A program made the position numbers and the translations under genes. The notes under the pieces are model-generated. The model was not told where the DNA came from. It was given only the letters and a program-made list of their open reading frames with translations, and did no database searches. Shown here piece by piece: positions 7,995 through 14,615 of a DNA stretch of 64,000 nt; the stretch's first letter is position 1, and each line of letters begins with the position of its first letter. Source of the DNA: Prevotella sp. (GTDB taxonomy: Bacteria; Bacteroidota; Bacteroidia; Bacteroidales; Bacteroidaceae); NCBI GenBank assembly GCA_016291495.1, contig JAEEXI010000002.1:113880-177879 (forward strand), written 5' to 3'.

Positions 7995-9599
7995 TTAAAT
8001 CACGTGCAACCCCAGGAACACCATCAGTCCATTCATCAATATCCAGAAGATAGCGAATGGCATCGTCCTGCGCATAATGTCGCCGTCCTGCCCCTCCATG
8101 TCGCAGGCGGCAGTAGCAATGGCGATCGACTGCGGTGAGAGCAGTTTACCGCCCTCAGAACCCGCACAGTTGGCAGCCGCGAGCCAGTTGGTCTCGCTAC
8201 CCGTAACGCCAAAGAAGGTGCCTTGGTTCACCAATCCGAGGTCGCTGGCAGCGGTAGCCTGCAACTTACCAAACAGGATGTTGGCATTGGTGGCTGATCC
8301 CGTTACGAAGGTTCCGATAGAACCAATCAGTGGAGCGAAGAAGGGGAAGGCTGCACCCGTCAGCAGGACGAGTCCCTTGGCAATGTCGTTGGTCATACCC
8401 GTGTTGTTCATCAGCATCGCCATCGCTACGAGACAGCAGATGGTCACGACCGTCTTCTGCAGGTTGAGCGTGGTCTTAGCCAACAACTTCAACAACTTGC
8501 CGATACTCATACCCTGAATCAGTCCACCGATGACGGCACCCAGGAAAATCATCAGACCTGCATTCGACAACCAACCGAACTTAAAGGTATTGCCAATGAC
8601 GGGCAACTCGAACTTGGTCACCAAAGTGTTGTTCAACAGCTCATTGACAGAAGGAACAATCTTGCTGCTGATCAGGATGAAGAAGATAATCAGTCCATAG
8701 ACACTCCATGCCTTCAGCGTCTTGACGACACCGAATTTGTGGTGTTCCACATGCACCGTATCCTTCTCAGCCTCATGGCGCAGGAACAGCTTGTTATACA
8801 GCAGCATGGCTGCGATGGCGGCTACAGAGCCCAGGATGGCGGGTGTCTCAGGACCGATGAAGTGGGCACAGCAGAACTGCACAGTGATAGAACAGGTTCC
8901 CACGAAGAGGGCAATAGTGATGTTCTTCACAATCTTCGTCTTGTCCGTCATCATCAGGATAAGGAACGGGGTGATGTAGAACATCAGCGAGAGCTGTAAT
9001 ATAATAAAGGTGGCCACCTCGCAGAGCTCCTCAGGCGTTGCCGTTCCACTTGCCGCCACTTGGTTGGCCAATGTCGTGGCAGGCAGACCGACGGCTCCGA
9101 AACCTACGGCAACCGTGTTTGCCACCAGACAGATAACGGCTGAGAACATGGGCTTGAAACCCAGTCCTATCAAGATGGCCGCAGGAATGGCTACAGCGGT
9201 GCCGAAACCAGCCATACCCTCCAGCACGCCACCAAGGCCCCACGTCAACAGCAGCACCAACAGTCCCTTGTCGCTGGTCATCTGGATAAACTGCGTCTTG
9301 ATAGTCTCAATCTCCTTCGTCTCACACAGGATATTGTAACTGAAGATGGCACAGATGATGATCAGGATAATGGGGAAACATGCCTTCAGCAGTCCTTCCA
9401 CCACTGACCATAAAGTGATGCCGAAGATACTGGCATCTGCAAACTTCTCGGGAATGATACCCATTGCAGGCACGGCAAACAATGCCAGGAGGATGGTCAC
9501 GATAAGGGTGACGATGGCACTCCTGTAGCCGGAAACCTTGAATCCCATCATCAGTACAATGAGTAACAGAATAGGGATTACGGATATTAATGCTGTCAT
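7995..9599 (-). CDS. lctP: L-lactate permease
   Basis: Many transmembrane segments; LEGMAGFGTAVAI, IGTFVTGSATNANILFG, LLSPQSIAIA. Confidence 0.93.
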   Translation of the reverse strand: MTALISVIPILLLIVLMMGFKVSGYRSAIVTLIVTILLALFAVPAMGIIPEKFADASIFGITLWSVVEGLLKACFPIILIIICAIFSYNILCETKEIETIKTQFIQMTSDKGLLVLLLTWGLGGVLEGMAGFGTAVAIPAAILIGLGFKPMFSAVICLVANTVAVGFGAVGLPATTLANQVAASGTATPEELCEVATFIILQLSLMFYITPFLILMMTDKTKIVKNITIALFVGTCSITVQFCCAHFIGPETPAILGSVAAIAAMLLYNKLFLRHEAEKDTVHVEHHKFGVVKTLKAWSVYGLIIFFILISSKIVPSVNELLNNTLVTKFELPVIGNTFKFGWLSNAGLMIFLGAVIGGLIQGMSIGKLLKLLAKTTLNLQKTVVTICCLVAMAMLMNNTGMTNDIAKGLVLLTGAAFPFFAPLIGSIGTFVTGSATNANILFGKLQATAASDLGLVNQGTFFGVTGSETNWLAAANCAGSEGGKLLSPQSIAIATAACDMEGQDGDIMRRTMPFAIFWILMNGLMVFLGLHVI

Positions 9600-9641
9600 A
9601 GGCTTTGTAGTTATTTGTGATTATTCTATAAGTTCTGGGGA

Positions 9642-9649
9642 CAAATATA
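9642..9649 (-). promoter_or_regulatory. Bacteroidota -7 promoter box for the lctP-lut operon
   Basis: TATATTTG on the minus strand, ~43 nt upstream of the lctP ATG. Confidence 0.65.
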
Positions 9650-9735
9650 CAAATTTTCCGTCATACCGCCATCAATTTTATGTGAAAGAATAATAAAAGA
9701 GCTACGAATTATTGGTAGCCTTCCCTTCGATGACA

Positions 9736-9778
9736 AAGAAGAATCCGCAAAATCTTCTCAGATTCTGCGGATCTTTTC
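9736..9778. terminator. Probable intrinsic terminator
   Basis: ATCCGCAAAATC / GATTCTGCGGAT imperfect stem with A- and T-rich flanks. Confidence 0.55.
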
Positions 9779-9803
9779 CTTTTTGGCTTCGCCTGAGCAC
9801 CTA

Positions 9804-10069
9804 TTAATGAAGATACTGAGCGAAGAATTCTTCCATCTTGTCATAGGGAATCACGCCAGCACCACGTTTGTAAGTACCGTTGCGGAAGTCCTCTGTGCGC
9901 TGCTGGGCAATGGCCAGACGCTGCTTGTCTCGGAACTCCTTCGAGTCCTCGGCATCCAAAATGATCGATGCGGTTTTCCCCTCTTGGGCGATGTAAAACC
10001 GCTCTGTCTGAGCTGTTGCGACTGTCCAGGTGCAGACGCACAACAAAAAAAACCTAATCTCTTATTCAT
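9804..10069 (-). pseudogene. Frameshifted remnant of a secreted protein
   Basis: ATG at 10069; adding one T to the T8 run (10045-10052) gives the signal peptide MNKRLGFFLLCVCTWTVATAQ in frame with the 9804-10046 ORF. Confidence 0.6.
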
Positions 10070-10091
10070 AGTTGTTTACAATCCTTTATCA

Positions 10092-10748
10092 CTATTCGTC
10101 TTTTAATATACCTAAAATCTCTTCCATTCTGTCAATGATAAAGTCTGCTCCAGCCTCTTTGAGTTCCTCTCTGGTGCCGTTGCCCCAAGTCACTCCACAG
10201 GTCTTAGTTCTGGCATTGGCTCCCATCAGAATGTCAACATCCATATCGCCAACCACCAAGGTCTCGTCAGCCCTGAATCCCAGAATATCGAGAATCTTCA
10301 ATACGGGTTCTGCATTTGGTTTGGCATGAATTATGTCCTGTGCTCCAATGATGCAAGAGAAATAGGACAGCATTTCCATTCTGTTCAACAGATCCCGTAG
10401 CGACTCGCTGGTTCGTGAAGATGCAATAGCAAGACTGATCTCCTGACTCCTTTGCACTTCAAGCGTTTCTTTTACCTGAGGGAAAGGCAGTGGCGTTATC
10501 TTCTTCAGATTTTCGGCGAAATATCTGTGATGCACTTCTGCACATCTTTCCAACTCATCAGCATTAAGTTGAGGAAACATCTTGGCATAGCATCCTTTTA
10601 ATGGCAGTCCGATGGTAGAAGCACACACTTCTTCGTCCTGCAATGGAAGACTCAGCTCTTTCATGACGTCCTGCATTGTCACAACAATATTCCGTCTGGT
10701 ATCGCCCAACGTCCCGTCAAAGTCGAATATAATCAGTTTTATACTCAT
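10092..10748 (-). CDS. HAD-IA family hydrolase (phosphoglycolate phosphatase-like)
   Basis: IFDFDGTLGD, ASSR, KPNAEP, VGDMDVDI. Confidence 0.9.
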   Translation of the reverse strand: MSIKLIIFDFDGTLGDTRRNIVVTMQDVMKELSLPLQDEEVCASTIGLPLKGCYAKMFPQLNADELERCAEVHHRYFAENLKKITPLPFPQVKETLEVQRSQEISLAIASSRTSESLRDLLNRMEMLSYFSCIIGAQDIIHAKPNAEPVLKILDILGFRADETLVVGDMDVDILMGANARTKTCGVTWGNGTREELKEAGADFIIDRMEEILGILKDE

Positions 10749-10758
10749 GGCAATCCAT

Positions 10759-11226
10759 TTACTCTTCCACCTCGCAATGCAGAAATCCCATTTCCTTGGC
10801 TTTTTCCTCGTTCATCAGGAAGTAGATGGCCTCGCCCTCGTTGCAGAGTTCGCCCTTCGAATTGGTTATCTCCGCACTGATATAGGCAAGGTTTCTCACC
10901 TGTTTTGTCACTTTGGCCCGTATTGTCAATTCCGGCTCTGTTGTCGGAACTGCCTTGCGGAACTTCACACTCAACTGCACGGTATAGCCGCTGGTCTGTA
11001 GTTTCCTGGTGACTACCCATCCGCACACTTCATCAATCAGCGTACTCAGTATGCCGCCGTGCATGGTATCTACCCAGCCCTGATAGTTATGCTCAGGATG
11101 CCAGGTACTCACGATATAGTCACCATCTTCATAGAACTCCATGTGAAGCCCGATGGGATTGTCAGGACTGCAACCGAAACAGTTATATCCCTCATGGTTG
11201 CGCCAAGGATTTATTATCTTCTTCAT
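10759..11226 (-). CDS. PaaI family thioesterase
   Basis: CFGCSPDNPIGL, YQGWVDTMHGGILSTLIDE hot-dog fold motif. Confidence 0.88.
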   Translation of the reverse strand: MKKIINPWRNHEGYNCFGCSPDNPIGLHMEFYEDGDYIVSTWHPEHNYQGWVDTMHGGILSTLIDEVCGWVVTRKLQTSGYTVQLSVKFRKAVPTTEPELTIRAKVTKQVRNLAYISAEITNSKGELCNEGEAIYFLMNEEKAKEMGFLHCEVEE

Positions 11227-11765
11227 TTTATTTCCTCTAATCCTCCAGTTTCTGAATCAATGATAAACCCGCGAACCACTATATCCTTTGGTACCAACGG
11301 ATGAGTCTTGATGGTCTCAACGGTCTTGCGGACGGAGGTCGGTGTGTCCTTAAATCCTTCAAGCCACTGGTCGAGGTCAATGCCACACTTGCGGATGGTG
11401 TCAAGTGTTTCGTCTGTCACGCCACGGGCAATCATCTCGTGGTGGAAGTGGTCATAGCTCATGTGGCAGGCTCCGCAATGAGAGTGTGCCACCACCATAA
11501 TCTCCTGTACGCCCAGCTCGTAGATGGCGACTATCAGGCTGCGCATGGCTGAGTCGAAGGCAGAGATTACTAAGCCTCCAGCGTTCTTGATAATTTTCGC
11601 ATCACCGTTTTTCAGTCCGAGTGCAGCAGGCAGCAGTTCTGTCAGTCGGGTGTCCATACACGACAGCACCGCCAACTTCTTGTCTGGGTACTTGTCGGTC
11701 AGATACTTCTCGTAGCCCTTCTGAGCCACAAATGTCTTGTTGTATTCAATAATCTGGTCTATCAT
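11223..11765 (-). CDS. Beta-class carbonic anhydrase
   Basis: CMDTRL and HSHCG zinc ligands; start reassigned to MIDQII at 11765. Confidence 0.92.
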   Translation of the reverse strand: MIDQIIEYNKTFVAQKGYEKYLTDKYPDKKLAVLSCMDTRLTELLPAALGLKNGDAKIIKNAGGLVISAFDSAMRSLIVAIYELGVQEIMVVAHSHCGACHMSYDHFHHEMIARGVTDETLDTIRKCGIDLDQWLEGFKDTPTSVRKTVETIKTHPLVPKDIVVRGFIIDSETGGLEEIK

Positions 11766-11791
11766 ATCACAAATCATATTAAATCGAAGGG

Positions 11792-11829
11792 CAAAGGTAG
11801 TCAAAAATCCCATATTTTTCGTACCTTTG
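11792..11829. promoter_or_regulatory. Divergent promoter pair
   Basis: CAAAGGTA (TACCTTTG on minus) at 11792-11799 and TACCTTTG at 11822-11829. Confidence 0.7.
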
Positions 11830-11851
11830 CACCGATTATTAACAAAAGTTG

Positions 11852-11913
11852 ATTCTTGTCACGATTCGGCCAATTCTGAGCAAGCTCAATTTGGCTCTCG
11901 CTGCTCCAAGAAT
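11852..11913. repeat. REP-like palindromic element
   Basis: ATTCTTG...CAAGAAT termini, core TGAGC-AA-GCTCA hairpin, 3' TTGGCTCTCGCT shared with 13502-13563. Confidence 0.6.
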
Positions 11914-11929
11914 TAGGATAGTTTAGGAT

Positions 11930-12658
11930 TTGAGCAGTATTGTCATCTCCATATTCCTACTGAGCATAGGTGCGAGTTTCATCCAGCGCACCACGGGCTT
12001 CGGCTTCGGCATCTTCATCATGACGATGCTGCCGTTCCTCATGCCAAGCTATGGAGAGGCTACGACACTCTCAGGACTCCTGGCAATCACCACTTCTGCA
12101 GCTATTGTGTGGCGCTTAAGAAGCTACGTTACCTGGCAACGGCTTTGGCCGATTTTGTTGACGTTCATCATCGTCTCGACCATTGCCATCTTTGTCCTGA
12201 CACGTATCGAAGACCACATCTTACGACGTATTCTTGGTGTGGCACTCATTCTGATCAGCATCTACTTTATGCTGTTCAGTCAGCGCATAAAGTTGTCAAC
12301 GACGAAAAAAGTGCAGGTAGGTGCAGGAACATTGAGCGGACTGATGGGCGGATTCTTCGGTATGCAAGGCCCGCCTGCCGTGCTGTACTTCATCCAAAGT
12401 GAACCAACGAAGGAGCATTATATGGCAATGGCTCAGACCTATTTCCTGATTGGCAATGTCATGATGACTGGTGTGAGAGCCTACAACGGTTTCTTCACAA
12501 CTACTGTAGCCGTTGACTATCTCTATGGCCTCGGTGGTGTCATCATCGGCACGATACTGGGTGCATACGTCTTCAAACATATCCCCAACCGCATCTTCCG
12601 CTACATCGTCTATGCCTATATCTGCATCAGCGGTGTAATCATACTCATAACAAATTAG
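11930..12658 (+). CDS. Sulfite exporter TauE/SafE family membrane protein
   Basis: TGFGFGI, GLMGGFFGMQGPP, hydrophobic throughout. Confidence 0.88.
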   Translation: MSSIVISIFLLSIGASFIQRTTGFGFGIFIMTMLPFLMPSYGEATTLSGLLAITTSAAIVWRLRSYVTWQRLWPILLTFIIVSTIAIFVLTRIEDHILRRILGVALILISIYFMLFSQRIKLSTTKKVQVGAGTLSGLMGGFFGMQGPPAVLYFIQSEPTKEHYMAMAQTYFLIGNVMMTGVRAYNGFFTTTVAVDYLYGLGGVIIGTILGAYVFKHIPNRIFRYIVYAYICISGVIILITN

Positions 12659-13487
12659 CATATCCGCAACTGAAGGACTGTAGTTGTTCTCCCATCACGC
12701 CCTTCATTACCTCAAACACATGATCACCTGTGCAATGGCTTGTATAGAACCGCGTTGTTGGATATTGTTCTTTCAATCTTTCTGCCAGTTCCTGTAGTTC
12801 TTCTTCCGATTCCTGACCATCGAGTAAGTGAAAACCACCTACTACAAAATTTACAGGATAAGGGCAAGCAGCAAGAATATTCTCCAGTCCACTATGAGCA
12901 CAACCCGTAAATAGCAAGCCATCAACATATAGAGCTAACTCATGACGGAAATCGTCGTGGATATAGTTTCCATCAGCATCCTGCACATAGAGGTTTTGAT
13001 TGCCTTTGGGCATTGGATGGGTCTGAGGTAATCGACTCTGTCGCTTCGCTTGTCGAAGAATATGGGCGATCACATGGATACCTTCTGCTATCTCACAGGT
13101 CTGGTTGATCAAGATGAGTCTGTCATCGTCTATCTGTGGCCATTCCGTCGTAATGCTATGCAGATTTCCTCGTTTGGAAAAGAACTTACCAGTCATAGCA
13201 TCGGGCGAAACGATAATCTGAGCTTTTTGATTATGCTCCAAGAAATACCGTAAACCTCCTGCATGGTCACTATGTCCATGAGAAATGAAAACATAATCGA
13301 CATCGCTGAGATTTACGCCCAACAGCCCTGCATTTCGGATCAACACGTCACTCGCTCCTGTATCAAGCAGAATCTTGTGTCGCTCCGTTTCCAATAGAAT
13401 AGAAAGACCATGTTCTGTGTATAGACGGCTATCGCTGCTTCGATTATCTGATAATATAGTCCACTTCATCATTCCATTCGTCCCCAT
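12645..13487 (-). CDS. MBL-fold metallo-hydrolase
   Basis: EHGLS, LLDTG, SHGHSDHAGG, TGCAHSG, GGFHL, SHCTG. Confidence 0.9.
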   Translation of the reverse strand: MGTNGMMKWTILSDNRSSDSRLYTEHGLSILLETERHKILLDTGASDVLIRNAGLLGVNLSDVDYVFISHGHSDHAGGLRYFLEHNQKAQIIVSPDAMTGKFFSKRGNLHSITTEWPQIDDDRLILINQTCEIAEGIHVIAHILRQAKRQSRLPQTHPMPKGNQNLYVQDADGNYIHDDFRHELALYVDGLLFTGCAHSGLENILAACPYPVNFVVGGFHLLDGQESEEELQELAERLKEQYPTTRFYTSHCTGDHVFEVMKGVMGEQLQSFSCGYANLL

Positions 13488-13496
13488 TTCATTTGA

Positions 13497-13682
13497 CTAA
13501 CGTCGAATTCCTCCTCGCTCGGCATAGTTCAAGCAAGCTTGGCTCTGCTCTCGCTCATTCGTCATTTGATTGTCGTCTTTATAATACGACTCAAAGCCAT
13601 GCTGGAATGCCTCCTGCATTTCTTCCTTCATAGCAATGGTCTTTGCCTCCCTAAGCGGTAATAACCGTATCTCTTTTTCCAT
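13497..13682 (-). pseudogene. Truncated gene fragment (GNAT-like N-terminus) ending in a translated repeat
   Basis: MEKEIRLLPL...KEEMQEAFQHGF then NEREQSQACLNYAE encoded by the palindrome at 13502-13563; the GNAT likeness is from recall. Confidence 0.5.
13502..13563. repeat. REP-like palindromic element
   Basis: GGCATAGTTCAAGC-AA-GCTTGGCTCTGCTCTCGCT imperfect hairpin. Confidence 0.65.
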
Positions 13683-13801
13683 ACACTCAGATAAAACTAC
13701 AAATAATTCTCACAGGGGTACTTCATAATTGATTGCTTTAATTGAATACTTTTATTTCAGTTGCTTGCTCTAATTGCTGAGGTGCAGCCCGTTCTCGCAA
13801 A

Positions 13802-13847
13802 TATCTTTGCAAAGGTACTCATTTTTACTTTATTATTCGTATCTTTG
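13802..13847. promoter_or_regulatory. Cluster of -7 boxes
   Basis: TATCTTTG 13802-09 (+), CAAAGGTA 13810-17 (-), TATCTTTG 13840-47 (+). Confidence 0.5.
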
Positions 13848-13871
13848 TGCCCAACTTTACAAAATATTAAG

Positions 13872-13982
13872 ATGGAATACAGAAAGATTGGCGATAACTA
13901 CTTCATGCCTTGTTCTCATTCAAGGGAGGGTACCAGATTAGTCGCTATGGTAAAAAATTATCTGGAAAACGATTGAGATATA
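13872..13982 (+). pseudogene. Possible frameshifted TnpV-like fragment
   Basis: MEYRKIGDNYFMP then a frame change to FSFKGGYQISRYGKK; resembles TnpV N-termini from memory. Confidence 0.3.
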
Positions 13983-14326
13983 TGAGTGTACGAGACTTTG
14001 AAATGGAGATATGCTGCAGTATGCAGGTGCGTTCATTGATACATGAACTTGAACTCTGCAAGCAGGTTGGTGATACGAAGGATCGCATGGTACATCCACG
14101 TTATCCGGCAGCCCCTCGAGATGATACCCTCTTTGACTCTATGAATCTTTATGCGAAGCTTGACAAAGAAGGAAAGGTTGAACTCTCTGGTACAGTTTTC
14201 TATTGGAACCATATAGACGGTGACACACAGGAAACCACAGTTATAGAAAACTTCCCCGATATTGATGCCTGTCTTGAATGGCTCAAAAGCGGTGAAAAGT
14301 CTGATTATATTGCATCGAAATTATAA
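13983..14326 (+). CDS. Hypothetical protein (114 aa)
   Basis: ATG at 13983 within the 13910-14326 ORF; followed by a terminator-like hairpin. Confidence 0.55.
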
Positions 14327-14339
14327 TACGCCAAAAACA

Positions 14340-14375
14340 AGAAGGGCTGACTGCATTACCTCTGTCAGTCCTTCT
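14340..14375 (+). terminator. Probable terminator
   Basis: AGAAGGGCTGAC / GTCAGTCCTTCT stem. Confidence 0.55.
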
Positions 14376-14399
14376 CACCTCATTAAATTACTTCTTTTT

Positions 14400-14450
14400 C
14401 AACACAGAGGCACAGAGGTTTTAAGCTTTAAGCTCTGTGTCTCTGTGTTG
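14400..14450. repeat. Inverted repeat built from period-8 CACAGAG units
   Basis: CAACACAGAGGCACAGAG-15 nt-CTCTGTGTCTCTGTGTTG, 17/18 paired. Confidence 0.85.
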
Positions 14451-14465
14451 TAAAAAATTAAATTA

Positions 14466-14507
14466 AGCATTGAGCATTATGAATTATGCATTGTGCATTA
14501 TGCATTG
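14466..14507. repeat. Heptamer array WGCATTR x6
   Basis: agcattg agcatta tgaatta tgcattg tgcatta tgcattg. Confidence 0.88.
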
Positions 14508-14591
14508 ACTTAGTGAGGGGATACTTTAAGAAAAAAACGCTAGTGATGAACTTTTTTCCTAAGAATGAGGTGTTATTTGGATTTTTATTTG

Positions 14592-14599
14592 TATATTTG
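14592..14599 (+). promoter_or_regulatory. -7 box for the D-lactate dehydrogenase gene
   Basis: TATATTTG, 17 nt before the ATG at 14616. Confidence 0.65.
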
Positions 14600-14615
14600 C
14601 CGAAAACTAAAGCCT

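Larger units (their letters stand above)
7444..7999. mobile_element. Putative intervening element: 45-bp terminal inverted repeats enclosing a four-helix-bundle gene
   Basis: 7444-7488 versus the reverse complement of 7955-7999 is 43/45 identical; fills the entire lctP-lutA intergenic space. Mobility is inferred, not shown. Confidence 0.6.

Noticed and set aside
7444-7999. True 23S rRNA intervening sequence or classical IS
   Set aside because: The flanks are protein-coding genes, not rRNA; the cargo has no DDE, HUH or recombinase motifs
13697-13726. 9-aa ORF MKYPCENYL in a good start context, possibly a leader peptide or another remnant
   Set aside because: Too short to support without homology or ribosome-profiling data
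14565-14615. Extended N-termini given by the ORF track (also at 19001, 19759, 28786, 33798, 37739, 46702)
   Set aside because: Most extensions run through predicted -7 promoter boxes or overlap upstream genes; downstream ATGs fit better
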